Assembly (NCBI GenBank): GCA_964247055.1
Contig: OZ176051.1
Coordinates: 806,001 to 870,000 of the forward strand
Length of the DNA: 64,000 bases
Reading direction: 5' to 3'
Source of the DNA: Paragordius varius
Lineage: Eukaryota > Animalia > Nematomorpha
Shown here: positions 12,966 to 29,157 of the stretch, piece after piece
Position numbering within the stretch: the stretch's first letter is position 1
How the letters are laid out: every line of letters begins with the position of its first letter
Made by a program: the position numbers and the translations under genes
Notes under the pieces: model-generated
The model's database searches: none
Told to the model about the DNA's origin: nothing
What the model saw: only the letters and a program-made list of their open reading frames with translations

Positions 12966-15900
12966 GATACTTTAAATATTAATGTATTAAACTAGTCGCA
13001 TCAATACTCAAGTTAAACTTTGTCCTTAAAAATCGGATATTGTTCACGGGTGAACTAAATTATTTTTATACATTCTCTTAGCAAGACTACATCAAAATAT
13101 AGAGATAGTTTGACAAATTCTTTCATATCCGATTTTTACAACGATACTTTAAAAATTAATGTATAAAACTAGTCGTATCAATAAATCGCATCAATACTCA
13201 AGTTAAACTTTCTCGTTATAAATCGGATATTGGTCACCGGTGAACAAAATTATTTTTTATACATTCTCTTAGTAGGACTACATCAAAATATAGAGATAGT
13301 TTGGCAAACTCTTTCATATCCGATTTTTACAACGATACTTTAAAAATTAATATATAAAACTAGTCGTATCAATAAATCGCATACACACTCAAGTTAAACT
13401 TTGTCCTTAAAAATCGGATATTGGTCAACCGGTGAACAAAATTATTTTTTATACATTCTCTTAGTAGGACTACATCAAAATATAGAGATTGTTTAGCAAA
13501 CTCTTTCATATCCGATTTTTACAACGATACTTTAAAAATTATGGTATTAAACCAGTCGCATCAATACTCAAGTTAAACTTTGTCCTTATAAATCGGATAT
13601 TGGTCACCGGTGAACAAAACTATTTTTTATACATTCTCTTAGTAAGACTACATCAAAATATAGAGATAATTTGACAAACTCTTTCATATCCGATTTTTAC
13701 AACGATACTTTAAAAATAAATGTATAAAACTAGGTCTATCAATAAATCGCATCAATACTCAAGTTAAACTTTGTCCTTAAAAATCGGATATTGGTCACCG
13801 GTGAACAAAATTATTTTTTATACATTCTCTTAGTAGGACGACTACATCAAAATATAGAGATAGTTTGGCAAACTGTTTCATATCCGATTTTTACAACGAT
13901 ACTTTAAACATTAATGTATAAAACTAGTCGCATCAATACTCAAGTTAAACTTTGTCCTTAAAAATCGAATATTGGTCACCGGTGAACAAAATTATTTTTT
14001 ATACATTCTCTTAGTAGGACTACATCAAAATATAGAGATAGTTTGGCAAACTCTTTCATATCCGATTTTTACAACGATACTATAAAATTTAATGTATAAA
14101 ACTAGTCGCATCAATACTCAAGTTAAACTTTGTCCTTAAAAATCGGATATTGGTCACAGGTGAACAAAATTATTTTATTTACATTCTCTTAGTAAGACTA
14201 CATCAAAATATAGAAATAGTTTGACAAACTCTTTCATATGCGATTTTTACAACGATACTTTAAAAATTAATGTATTAAACTAGTCGCATCAATACTCAAG
14301 CTAAACATTGTCCTTAAAAATCGGATATTGGTTACCGGTGAACAAAACTATTTTTTATACATTCTCTTAGTAAGACTACATCGAAATATAGAGATAGTTT
14401 GACAAACTCTTTCATATCCGATTTTTACAATGATACTTTAAAAATAATGGTATTAAACCAGTCGCATCAATACTCAAGTTAAACTTTGTCCTTAAAAATC
14501 GGATATTGGTCACCGGTGAACAAAACTATTTTTTATACATTCTCTTAGTAAGACTACATCAAAATATAGAGATAATTTGACAAACTCTTTCATATCCGAT
14601 TTTTACAACGATACTTTAAAAATAAATGTATAAAACTAGGCGTATCAATAAATCGCATCAATACTCAAGTTAAACAATGTCCTTAAAAATCGGATATTGG
14701 TCACCGGTGAACAAAATTATTTTTTATACATTCTCTTAGTAGGACGACCACATCAAAATATAGAGATAGTTTGGCAAACTGTTTCATATCCGATTTTTAC
14801 AACGATACTTTAAAAATTAATGTATAAAACTAGTCGCATCAATACTCAAGTTAAACTTTGTCCTTAAAAATCGAATATTGGTCACCGGTGAACAAAATTA
14901 TTTTTTATACATTCTCTTAGGACTACATCAAAATATAGAAATAGTTTGACAAACTCTTTCATATGCGATTTTTACAACGATACTTTAAAAATTAATGTAT
15001 TAAACTAGTCGCATCAATACTCAAGCTAAACATTGTCCTTAAAAATCGGATATTGGTCACCGGTGAACAAAACTATTTTTTATACATTCTCTTAGTAAGA
15101 CTACATCGAAATATAGAGATAGTTTGACAAACTCTTTCATATCCGATTTTTACAATGATACTTTAAAAATTAATGTATAAAACTAGTCGTATCAATAAAT
15201 CGCATCAATACTCAAGTTAAACTTTCTCGTTAAAAATCGGATATTGGTCACCGGTGAACAAAATTATTTTTTATACATTCTCTTAGTAGGACTACATCAA
15301 AATATAGAGATAGTTTGGCAAACTCTTTCATATCCGATTTTTACAACGATACTTTAAAAATTAATGTATAAAACTAGTCGCATCAATACTCAAGTTAAAC
15401 TTTGTCCTTAAAAATCGGATATTGGTCACCGGTGAACAAAATTATTTTATTTACATTGTCTTAGTAAGACTACATCAAAATATAGAAATAGTTTCACAAA
15501 CTCTTTCATATCCGATTTTTACAACGATACTTTAAATATTATGGTATTAAACCAGTCGCATCAATACTCAAGTTAAACTTTGTCCTTAAAAATCGGATAT
15601 TGGTCACCGGTGAACAAAACTATTTTTTATACATTCTCTTAGTAAGACTACATCAAAATATAGAGATAATTTGACAAACTCTTTCATATCCGATTTTTAC
15701 AACGATACTTTAAAAATAAATGTATAAAACTAGGTCTATCAATAAATCGCATCAATACTCAAGTTAAACTTTCTCGTTAAAAATCGGATATTGGTCACCG
15801 GTGAACAAAATTATTTTTTATACATTCTCTTAGTAGGACTACATCAAAATATAGAGATAGTTTGGCAAACTGTTTCATATCCGATTTTTCAACGATACTT

Positions 15901-18900
15901 TAAACATTAATGTATAAAACTAGTCGCATACACACTCAAGTTAAACTTTGTCCTTAAAAATCGGATATTGGTCAACCGGTGAACAAAATTATTTTTTATA
16001 CATTCTCTTAGTAGGACTACATCAAAATATAGAGATAGTTTGGCAAACTCTTTCATATCCGATTTTTACAACGATACTTTAAAAATTATGGTATTAAACC
16101 AGTCGCATCAATACTCAAGTTAAACTTTGTCCTTAAAAATCGGATATTGGTCACCGGTGAACAAAACTATTTTTTATACATTCTCTTAGTAAGACTACAT
16201 CAAAATATAGAGATAATTTGACAAACTCTTTCATATCCGATTTTTACAACGATACTTTAAAAATAAATGTATAAAACTAGGCGTATCAATAAATCGCATC
16301 AATACTCAAGATAAACTTTGTCCTTAAAAATCGGATATTGGTCACCGGTGAACAAAATTATTTTTTATACATTCTCTTAGTAAGACTACATCAAAATATA
16401 GAGATAGTTTGACAAACTCTTTCATATCCGATTTTTACAACGATACTTTAAAAATTATGGTATTAAACCAGTCGCATCAATACTCAAGTTAAACTTTGTC
16501 CTTAAAAATCGGATATTGGTCACCCGTGAACAAAACTATTTTTTATACATTCTCTTAGTAAGACTACATCAAAATATAGAGATAATTTGACAAACTCTTT
16601 CATATCCGATTTTTACAACGATACTTTATAAATAAATGTATAAAACTAGGTCTATCAATAAATCGCATCAATACTCAAGTTAAACTTTGTCCTTAAAAAT
16701 CGGATATTGGTCACCGGTGAACAAAATTATTTTTTATACATTCTCTTAGTAGGACTACATCAAAATATAGAGATAGTTTGGCAAACTGTTTCATATCCGA
16801 TTTTTACAACGATACTTTAAACATTAATGTATAAAACTAGTCGCATCAATACTCAAGTTAAACTTTGTCCTTAAAAATCGAATATTGGTCACCGGTGAAC
16901 AAAATTATTTTTTATACATTCTCTTAGTAGGACTACATCAAAATATAGAGATAGTTTGGCAAACTCTTTCATATCCGATTTTTACAACGATACTATAAAA
17001 ATTAATGTATAAAACTAGTCGCATCAATACTCAAGTTAAACTTTGTCCTTAAAAATCGGATATTGGTCACCGGTGAACAAAATTATTTTATTTACATTCT
17101 CTTAGTAAGACTACATCAAAATATAGAAATAGTTTGACAAACTCTTTCATATGCGATTTTTACAACGATACTTTAAAAATTAATGTATTAAACTAGTCGC
17201 ATCAATACTCAAGCTAAACATTGTCCTTAAAAATCGGATATTGGTTACCGGTGAACAAAACTATTTTTTATACATTCTCTTAGTAAGACTACATCGAAAT
17301 ATAGAGATAGTTTGACAAACTCTTTCATATCCGATTTTTACAATGATACTTTAAAAATAATGGTATTAAACCAGTCGCATCAATACTCAAGTTAAACTTT
17401 GTCCTTAAAAATCGGATATTGGTCACCGGTGAACAAAACTATTTTTTATACATTCTCTTAGTAAGACTACATCAAAATATAGAGATAATTTGACAAACTC
17501 TTTCATATCCGATTTTTACAACGATACTTTAAAAATAAATGTATAAAACTAGGCGTATCAATAAATCGCATCAATACTCAAGTTAAACTTTGTCCTTAAA
17601 AATCGGATATTGGTCACCGGTGAACAAAATTATTTTTTATACATTCTCTTAGTAGGACGACTACATCAAAATATAGAGATAGTTTGGCAAACTCTTTCAT
17701 ATCCGATTTTTACAACGATACTATAAAAATTAATGTATAAAACTAGTCGCATCAATACTCAAGTTAAACTTTGTCCTTAAAAATCGGATATTGGTCACCG
17801 GTGAACAAAATTATTTTATTTACATTCTCTTAGTAAGACTACATCAAAATATAGAAATAGTTTGACAAACTCTTTCATATGCGATTTTTACAACGATACT
17901 TTAAAAATTAATGTATTAAACTAGTCGCATCAATACTCAAGCTAAACATTGTCCTTAAAAATCGGATATTGGTTACCGGTGAACAAAACTATTTTTTATA
18001 CATTCTCTTAGTAAGACTACATCGAAATATACAGATAGTTTGACAAACTCTTTCATATCCGATTTTTACAATGATACTTTAAAAATAATGGTATTAAACC
18101 AGTCGCATCAATACTCAAGTTAAACTTTGTCCTTAAAAATCGGATATTGGTTACCGGTGAACAAAACTATTTTTTATACATTCTCTTAGTAGGACTACAT
18201 CAAAATATAAAGATAGTTTGGCAAACTCTTTCATATCCGATTTTTACAACGATACTTTAAATATTAATGTATTAAACTAGTCGCATCAATACTCAAGTTA
18301 AACTTTGTCCTTAAAAATCGGATATTGTTCACGGGTGAACTAAATTATTTTTATACATTCTCTTAGCAAGACTACATCAAAATATAGAGATAGTTTGACA
18401 AATTCTTTCATATCCGATTTTTACAACGATACTTTAAAAATTATTGTATAAAACTAGTCGCATCAATACTCAAGCTAAACATTGTCCTTAAAATTCGGAT
18501 ATTGGTCACCGGTAAACAAAACTATTTTTTATACATTCCCTTAGTAAGACTACATCAAAATATAGAGATAGTTTGACAAACTCTTTCATATCCGATTTTT
18601 ACAACGATATTTAAAAATTAATATATAAAACTAGTCGTATCAATAAATCGCATACACACTCAAGTTAAACTTTGTCCTTAAAAATCGGATATTGGTCAAC
18701 CGGTGAACAAAATTATTTTTTATACATTCTCTTAGTAGGACTACATCAAAATATAGAGATAGTTTGGCAAACTCTTTCATATCCGATTTTTACAACGATA
18801 CTTTAAAAATTATGGTATTAAACCAGTCGCATCAATACTCAAGCTAAACATTGTCCTTAAAAATCGGATATTGGTCACCGGTGAACAAAACTATTTTTTA

Positions 18901-21900
18901 TACATTCTCTTAGTAAGACTACATCGAAATATAGAGATAGTTTGACAAACTCTTTCATATCCGATTTTTACAACGATACTTTAAAAATTAATGTATAAAA
19001 CTAGTCGCAATACTCAAGCTAAACTTTGTCCTTAAAAATCGGATATTGGTCACCGGTGAACAAAATTATTTTTTATACATACTCTTAGTAAGACTACATC
19101 AAAATATAGAGATAGTTTTACAAACTCTTTCATATCCTTACAACGATACTTTAAAAATTAATGTGTTAAACTAGTCGCATCCATACTCAAGTTAAACTTT
19201 GTCCTTAAAAATCGGATATTGGTCACCGGTGAACCAAATTATTTTTTATACATTCTCTTAGTAAGACTACATCAAAATATGGAGATAGTTTGACAAACTC
19301 TTTCATATCCGATTTTTACAACGATACTTTAAAAATTATGGTATTAAACCAGTCGCATCAATACTCAAGTTAAACTTTGTCCTTAAAAATCGGATATTGG
19401 TCACCTGTGAACAAAATTATTTTTTATACATTCTCTTAGTAGGACTACATCAAAATATAGAGATAGTTTGGCAAACTCTTTCATATCCGATTTTTACAAC
19501 GATACTTTAAATATTAATGTATTAAACTAGTCGCATCAATACTCAAGTTAAACTTTGTCCTTAAAAATCGGATATTGTTCACGGGTGAACTAAATTATTT
19601 TTATACATTCTCTTAGCAAGACTACATCAAAATATAGAGATAGTTTGACAAATTCTTTCATATCCGATTTTTACAACGATACTTTAAAAATTAATGTATA
19701 AAACTAGTCGTATCAATAAATCGCATCAATACTCAAGTTAAACTTTCTCGTTATAAATCGGATATTGGTCACCGGTGAACAAAATTATTTTTTATACATT
19801 CTCTTAGTAGGACTACATCAAAATATAGAGATAGTTTGGCAAACTCTTTCATATCCGATTTTTACAACGATACTTTAAAAATTAATATATAAAACTAGTC
19901 GTATCAATAAATCGCATACACACTCAAGTTAAACTTTGTCCTTAAAAATCGGATATTGGTCAACCGGTGAACAAAATTATTTTTTATACATTCTCTTAGT
20001 AGGACTACATCAAAATATAGAGATAGTTTGGCAAACTCTTTCATATCCGATTTTTACAACGATACTTTAAAAATTATGGTATTAAACCAGTCGCATCAAT
20101 ACTCAAGTTAAACTTTGTCCTTATAAATCGGATATTGGTCACCGGTGAACAAAACTATTTTTTATACATTCTCTTAGTAAGACTACATCAAAATATAGAG
20201 ATAATTTGACAAACTCTTTCATATCCGATTTTTACAACGATACTTTAAAAATAAATGTATAAAACTAGGTCTATCAATAAATCGCATCAATACTCAAGTT
20301 AAACTTTGTCCTTAAAAATCGGATATTGGTCACCGGTGAACAAAATTATTTTTTATACATTCTCTTAGTAGGACGACTACATCAAAATATAGAGATAGTT
20401 TGGCAAACTGTTTCATATCCGATTTTTACAACGATACTTTAAACATTAATGTATAAAACTAGTCGCATCAATACTCAAGTTAAACTTTGTCCTTAAAAAT
20501 CGAATATTGGTCACCGGTGAACAAAATTATTTTTTATACATTCTCTTAGTAGGACTACATCAAAATATAGAGATAGTTTGGCAAACTCTTTCATATCCGA
20601 TTTTTACAACGATACTATAAAATTTAATGTATAAAACTAGTCGCATCAATACTCAAGTTAAACTTTGTCCTTAAAAATCGGATATTGGTCACAGGTGAAC
20701 AAAATTATTTTATTTACATTCTCTTAGTAAGACTACATCAAAATATAGAAATAGTTTGACAAACTCTTTCATATGCGATTTTTACAACGATACTTTAAAA
20801 ATTAATGTATTAAACTAGTCGCATCAATACTCAAGCTAAACATTGTCCTTAAAAATCGGATATTGGTTACCGGTGAACAAAACTATTTTTTATACATTCT
20901 CTTAGTAAGACTACATCGAAATATAGAGATAGTTTGACAAACTCTTTCATATCCGATTTTTACAATGATACTTTAAAAATAATGGTATTAAACCAGTCGC
21001 ATCAATACTCAAGTTAAACTTTGTCCTTAAAAATCGGATATTGGTCACCGGTGAACAAAACTATTTTTTATACATTCTCTTAGTAAGACTACATCAAAAT
21101 ATAGAGATAATTTGACAAACTCTTTCATATCCGATTTTTACAACGATACTTTAAAAATAAATGTATAAAACTAGGCGTATCAATAAATCGCATCAATACT
21201 CAAGTTAAACTTTGTCCTTAAAAATCGGATATTGGTCACCGGTGAACAAAATTATTTTTTATACATTCTCTTAGTAGGACGACCACATCAAAATATAGAG
21301 ATAGTTTGGCAAACTGTTTCATATCCGATTTTTACAACGATACTTTAAAAATTAATGTATAAAACTAGTCGCATCAATACTCAAGTTAAACTTTGTCCTT
21401 AAAAATCGAATATTGGTCACCGGTGAACAAAATTATTTTTTATACATTCTCTTAGGACTACATCAAAATATAGAAATAGTTTGACAAACTCTTTCATATG
21501 CGATTTTTACAACGATACTTTAAAAATTAATGTATTAAACTAGTCGCATCAATACTCAAGCTAAACATTGTCCTTAAAAATCGGATATTGGTCACCGGTG
21601 AACAAAACTATTTTTTATACATTCTCTTAGTAAGACTACATCGAAATATAGAGATAGTTTGACAAACTCTTTCATATCCGATTTTTACAATGATACTTTA
21701 AAAATTAATGTATAAAACTAGTCGTATCAATAAATCGCATCAATACTCAAGTTAAACTTTCTCGTTAAAAATCGGATATTGGTCACCGGTGAACAAAATT
21801 ATTTTTTATACATTCTCTTAGTAGGACTACATCAAAATATAGAGATAGTTTGGCAAACTCTTTCATATCCGATTTTTACAACGATACTTTAAAAATTAAT

Positions 21901-23880
21901 GTATAAAACTAGTCGCATCAATACTCAAGTTAAACTTTGTCCTTAAAAATCAGATATTGGTCACCGGTGAACAAAATTATTTTATTTACATTGTCTTAGT
22001 AAGACTACATCAAAATATAGAAATAGTTTCACAAACTCTTTCATATCCGATTTTTACAACGATACTTTAAATATTATGGTATTAAACCAGTCGCATCAAT
22101 ACTCAAGTTAAACTTTGTCCTTAAAAATCGGATATTGGTCACCGGTGAACAAAACTATTTTTTATACATTCTCTTAGTAAGACTACATCAAAATATAGAG
22201 ATAATTTGACAAACTCTTTCATATCCGATTTTTACAACGATACTTTAAAAATAAATGTATAAAACTAGGTCTATCAATAAATCGCATCAATACTCAAGTT
22301 AAACTTTCTCGTTAAAAATCGGATATTGGTCACCGGTGAACAAAATTATTTTTTATACATTCTCTTAGTAGGACTACATCAAAATATAGAGATAGTTTGG
22401 CAAACTGTTTCATATCCGATTTTTACAACGATACTTTAAACATTAATGTATAAAACTAGTCGCATACACACTCAAGTTAAACTTTGTCCTTAAAAATCGG
22501 ATATTGGTCAACCGGTGAACAAAATTATTTTTTATACATTCTCTTAGTAGGACTACATCAAAATATAGAGATAGTTTGGCAAACTCTTTCATATCCGATT
22601 TTTACAACGATACTTTAAAAATTATGGTATTAAACCAGTCGCATCAATACTCAAGTTAAACTTTGTCCTTAAAAATCGGATATTGGTCACCGGTGAACAA
22701 AACTATTTTTTATACATTCTCTTAGTAAGACTACATCAAAATATAGAGATAATTTGACAAACTCTTTCATATCCGATTTTTACAACGATACTTTAAAAAT
22801 AAATGTATAAAACTAGGCGTATCAATAAATCGCATCAATACTCAAGTTAAACTTTGTCCTTAAAAATCGGATATTGGTCACCGGTGAACAAAACTATTTT
22901 TTATACATTCTCTTAGTAAGACTACATCAAAATATAGAGATAATTTGACAAACTCTTTCATATCCGATTTTTACAACGATACTTTATAAATAAATGTATA
23001 AAACTAGGTCTATCAATAAATCGCATCAATACTCAAGTTAAACTTTGTCCTTAAAAATCGGATATTGGTCACCGGTGAACAAAATTATTTTTTATACATT
23101 CTCTTAGTAGGACTACATCAAAATATAGAGATAGTTTGGCAAACTGTTTCATATCCGATTTTTACAACGATACTTTAAACATTAATGTATAAAACTAGTC
23201 GCATCAATACTCAAGTTAAACTTTGTCCTTAAAAATCGAATATTGGTCACCGGTGAACAAAATTATTTTTTATACATTCTCTTAGTAGGACTACATCAAA
23301 ATATAGAGATAGTTTGGCAAACTCTTTCATATCCGATTTTTACAACGATACTATAAAAATTAATGTATAAAACTAGTCGCATCAATACTCAAGTTAAACT
23401 TTGTCCTTAAAAATCGGATATTGGTCACCGGTGAACAAAATTATTTTATTTACATTCTCTTAGTAAGACTACATCAAAATATAGAAATAGTTTGACAAAC
23501 TCTTTCATATGCGATTTTTACAACGATACTTTAAAAATTAATGTATTAAACTAGTCGCATCAATACTCAAGCTAAACATTGTCCTTAAAAATCGGATATT
23601 GGTTACCGGTGAACAAAACTATTTTTTATACATTCTCTTAGTAAGACTACATCGAAATATAGAGATAGTTTGACAAACTCTTTCATATCCGATTTTTACA
23701 ACGATACTTTAAAAATTAATGTATTAAACTAGTCGCATCAATACTCAAGCTAAACATTGTCCTTAAAAATCGGATATTGGTTACCGGTGAACAAAACTAT
23801 TTTTTATACATTCTCTTAGTAAGACTACATCGAAATATAGAGATAGTTTGACAAACTCTTTCATATCCGATTTTTACAAT
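12966..23880. repeat. Block duplication with offset 6535 bp: 12966-~16400 is copied at 19501-~22900
   Basis: The order of private alleles is the same in both copies: ttgttcacggg+aactaaat, ctcgttataa, catacacactc+gtcaacc, ccttataaatc, tataaaattt+cacagg, gacgacc and cattgtc. After a one-monomer loss the match continues at offset ~6358. Confidence 0.9.
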
Positions 23881-25750
23881 GATACTTTAAAAATAATGGT
23901 ATTAAACCAGTCGCATCAATACTCAAGTTAAACTTTGTCCTTAAAAATCGGATATTGGTCACCGGTGAACAAAACTATTTTTTATACATTCTCTTAGTAA
24001 GACTACATCAAAATATAGAGATAATTTGACAAACTCTTTCATATCCGATTTTTACAACGATACTTTAAAAATAAATGTATAAAACTAGGCGTATCAATAA
24101 ATCGCATCAATACTCAAGTTAAACTTTGTCCTTAAAAATCGGATATTGGTCACCGGTGAACAAAATTATTTTTTATACATTCTCTTAGTAGGACGACCAC
24201 ATCAAAATATAGAGATAGTTTGGCAAACTGTTTCATATCCGATTTTTACAACGATACTTTAAAAATTAATGTATAAAACTAGTCGCATCAATACTCAAGT
24301 TAAACTTTGTCCTTAAAAATCGAATATTGGTCACCGGTGAACAAAATTATTTTTTATACATTCTCTTAGGACTACATCAAAATATAGAAATAGTTTGACA
24401 AACTCTTTCATATGCGATTTTTACAACGATACTTTAAAAATTAATGTATTAAACTAGTCGCATCAATACTCAAGCTAAACATTGTCCTTAAAAATCGGAT
24501 ATTGGTCACCGGTGAACAAAACTATTTTTTATACATTCTCTTAGTAAGACTACATCGAAATATAGAGATAGTTTGACAAACTCTTTCATATCCGATTTTT
24601 ACAATGATACTTTAAAAATTAATGTATAAAACTAGTCGTATCAATAAATCGCATCAATACTCAAGTTAAACTTTCTCGTTAAAAATCGGATATTGGTCAC
24701 CGGTGAACAAAATTATTTTTTATACATTCTCTTAGTAGGACTACATCAAAATATAGAGATAGTTTGGCAAACTCTTTCATATCCGATTTTTACAACGATA
24801 CTTTAAAAATTAATGTATAAAACTAGTCGCATCAATACTCAAGTTAAACTTTGTCCTTAAAAATCAGATATTGGTCACCGGTGAACAAAATTATTTTATT
24901 TACATTGTCTTAGTAAGACTACATCAAAATATAGAAATAGTTTCACAAACTCTTTCATATCCGATTTTTACAACGATACTTTAAATATTATGGTATTAAA
25001 CCAGTCGCATCAATACTCAAGTTAAACTTTGTCCTTAAAAATCGGATATTGGTCACCGGTGAACAAAACTATTTTTTATACATTCTCTTAGTAAGACTAC
25101 ATCAAAATATAGAGATAATTTGACAAACTCTTTCATATCCGATTTTTACAACGATACTTTAAAAATAAATGTATAAAACTAGGTCTATCAATAAATCGCA
25201 TCAATACTCAAGTTAAACTTTCTCGTTAAAAATCGGATATTGGTCACCGGTGAACAAAATTATTTTTTATACATTCTCTTAGTAGGACTACATCAAAATA
25301 TAGAGATAGTTTGGCAAACTGTTTCATATCCGATTTTTACAACGATACTTTAAACATTAATGTATAAAACTAGTCGCATACACACTCAAGTTAAACTTTG
25401 TCCTTAAAAATCGGATATTGGTCAACCGGTGAACAAAATTATTTTTTATACATTCTCTTAGTAGGACTACATCAAAATATAGAGATAGTTTGGCAAACTC
25501 TTTCATATCCGATTTTTACAACGATACTTTAAAAATTATGGTATTAAACCAGTCGCATCAATACTCAAGTTAAACTTTGTCCTTAAAAATCGGATATTGG
25601 TCACCGGTGAACAAAACTATTTTTTATACATTCTCTTAGTAAGACTACATCAAAATATAGAGATAATTTGACAAACTCTTTCATATCCGATTTTTACAAC
25701 GATACTTTAAAAATAAATGTATAAAACTAGGCGTATCAATAAATCGCATC
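20789..25750. repeat. 16-mer block duplication, offset 2914 bp
   Basis: 20789-~22860 matches 23703-~25750, including gacgacc and cagatat+cattgtc (monomers at 21883 and 24797). Confidence 0.88.
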
Positions 25751-28700
25751 AATACTCAAGATAAACTTTGTCCTTAAAAATCGGATATTGGTCACCGGTG
25801 AACAAAATTATTTTTTATACATTCTCTTAGTAAGACTACATCAAAATATAGAGATAGTTTGACAAACTCTTTCATATCCGATTTTTACAACGATACTTTA
25901 AAAATTATGGTATTAAACCAGTCGCATCAATACTCAAGTTAAACTTTGTCCTTAAAAATCGGATATTGGTCACCCGTGAACAAAACTATTTTTTATACAT
26001 TCTCTTAGTAAGACTACATCAAAATATAGAGATAGTTTGACAAACTCTTTCATATCCGATTTTTACAACGATACTTTAAAAATTAATGTGTTAAACTAGT
26101 CGCATCCATACTCAAGTTAAACTTTGTCCTTAAAAATCGGATATTGGTCACCGGTGAACAAAATTATTTTTTATACATTCTCTTAGTAGGACTACATCAA
26201 AATATAGAGATAGTTTGGCAAACTGTTTCATATCCGATTTTTACAACGATACTTTAAACATTAATGTATAAAATTAGTCGCATCAATACTCAAGTTAAAC
26301 TTTGTCCTTAAAAATCGAATATTGGTCACCGGTGAACAAAATTATTTTTTATACATTCTCTTAGTAGGACTACATCAAAATATAGAGATAGTTTGGCAAA
26401 CTCTTTCATATCCGATTTTTACAACGATACTATAAAAATTAATGTATAAAACTAGTCGCATCAATACTCAAGTTAAACTTTGTCCTTAAAAATCGGATAT
26501 TGGTCACCGGTGAACAAAATTATTTTATTTACATTCTCTTAGTAAGACTACATCAAAATATAGAAATAGTTTGACAAACTCTTTCATATGCGATTTTTAC
26601 AACGATACTTTAAAAATTAATGTATTAAACTAGTCGCATCAATACTCAAGCTAAACATTGTCCTTAAAAATCGGATATTGGTTACCGGTGAACAAAACTA
26701 TTTTTTATACATTCTCTTAGTAAGACTACATCGAAATATAGAGATAGTTTGACAAACTCTTTCATATCCGATTTTTACAATGATACTTTAAAAATAATGG
26801 TATTAAACCAGTCGCATCAATACTCAAGTTAAACTTTGTCCTTAAAAATCGGATATTGGTCACCGGTGAACAAAACTATTTTTTATACATTCTCTTAGTA
26901 AGACTACATCAAAATATAGAGATAATTTGACAAACTCTTTCATATCCGATTTTTACAACGATACTTTAAAAATAAATATATAAAACTAGGCGTATCAATA
27001 AATCGCATCAATACTCAAGTTAAACTTTGTCCTTAAAAATCGGATATTGGTCACCGGTGAACAAAATTATTTTTTATACATTCTCTTAGTAGGACGACTA
27101 CATCAAAATATAGAGATAGTTTGGCAAACTGTTTCATATCCGATTTTTACAACGATACTTTAAAAATTAATGTATAAAACTAGTCGCATCAATACTCAAG
27201 TTAAACTTTGTCCTTAAAAATCGAATATTGGTCACCGGTGAACAAAATTATTTTTTATACATTCTCTTAGGACTACATCAAAATATAGAAATAGTTTGAC
27301 AAACTCTTTCATATGCGATTTTTACAACGATACTTTAAAAATTAATGTATTAAACTAGTCGCATCAATACTCAAGCTAAACATTGTCCTTAAAAATCGGA
27401 TATTGGTCACCGGTGAACAAAACTATTTTTTATACATTCTCTTAGTAAGACTACATCGAAATATAGAGATAGTTTGACAAACTCTTTCATATCCGATTTT
27501 TACAATGATACTTTAAAAATTAAAGTATAAAACTAGTCGTATCAATAAATCGCATCAATACTCAAGTTAAACTTTCTCGTTAAAAATCGGATATTGGTCA
27601 CCGGTGAACAAAATTATTTTTTATACATTCTCTTAGTAGGACTACATCAAAATATAGAGATAGTTTGGCAAACTCTTTCATATCCGATTTTTACAACGAT
27701 ACTTTAAAAATTAATGTATAAAACTAGTCGCATCAATACTCAAGTTAAACTTTGTCCTTAAAAATCGGATATTGGTCACCGGTGAACAAAATTATTTTAT
27801 TTACATTCTCTTAGTAAGACTACATCAAAATATAGAAATAGTTTCACAAACTCTTTCATATCCGATTTTTACAACGATACTTTAAAAATTATGGTATTGA
27901 ACCAGTCGCATCAATACTCAAGTTAAACTTTGTCCTTAAAAATCGGATATTGGTCACCGGTGAACAAAACTATTTTTTATACATTCTCTTAGTAAGACTA
28001 CATCAAAATATAGAGATAATTTGACAAACTCTTTCATATCCGATTTTTACAACGATACTTTAAAAATAAATGTATAAAACTAGGTCTATCAATAAATCGC
28101 ATCAATACTCAAGTTAAACTTTCTCGTTAAAAATCGGATATTGGTCACCGGTGAACAAAATTATTTTTTATACATTCTCTTAGTAGGACTACATCAAAAT
28201 ATAGAGATAGTTTGGCAAACTGTTTCATATCCGATTTTTACAACGATACTTTAAACATTAATGTATAAAACTAGTCGCATCAATACTCAAGTTAAACTTT
28301 GTCCTTAAAAATCGAATATTGGTCACCGGTGAACAAAATTATTTTTTATACATTCTCTTAGGACTACATCAAAATATAGAAATAGTTTGACAAACTCTTT
28401 CATATGCGATTTTTACAACGATACTTTAAAAATTAATGTATTAAACTAGTCGCATCAATACTCAAGCTAAACATTGTCCTTAAAAATCGGATATTGGTCA
28501 CCGGTGAACAAAACTATTTTTTATACATTCTCTTAGTAAGACTACATCGAAATATAGAGATAGTTTGACAAACTCTTTCATATCCGATTTTTACAATGAT
28601 ACTTTAAAAATTAATGTATAAAACTAGTCGTATCAATAAATCGCATCAATACTCAAGTTAAACTTTCTCGTTAAAAATCGGATATTGGTCACCGGTGAAC

Positions 28701-29157
28701 AAAATTATTTTTTATACATTCTCTTAGTAGGACTACATCAAAATATAGAGATAGTTTGGCAAACTCTTTCATATCCGATTTTTACAACGATACTTTATAA
28801 ATAAATGTATAAAACTAGGTCTATCAATAAATCGCATCAATACTCAAGTTAAACTTTGTCCTTAAAAATCGGATATTGGTCACCGGTGAACAAAATTATT
28901 TTTTATACATTCTCTTAGTAGGACGACTACATCAAAATATAGAGATAGTTTGGCAAACTGTTTCATATCCGATTTTTACAACGATACTTTAAACATTAAT
29001 GTATAAAACTAGTCGCATCAATACTCAAGTTAAACTTTGTCCTTAAAAATCGAATATTGGTCACCGGTGAACATTATTTTTTATACATTCTCTTAGTAGG
29101 ACTACATCAAAATATAGAGATAGTTTGGCAAACTCTTTCATATCCGATTTTTACAAC

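Noticed and set aside
13489-13674. 61-aa ORF MFSKLFHIRF... from the ORF track
   Set aside because: It is one satellite monomer read in a frame that lacks stops in atggtattaaaccag-type monomers. It is called only here because a private tag>ttg change at 13489-13491 supplies a TTG start. There is no ATG start, no recognisable domain and no gene context, and since 178 is not a multiple of 3 the frame does not continue across monomers.
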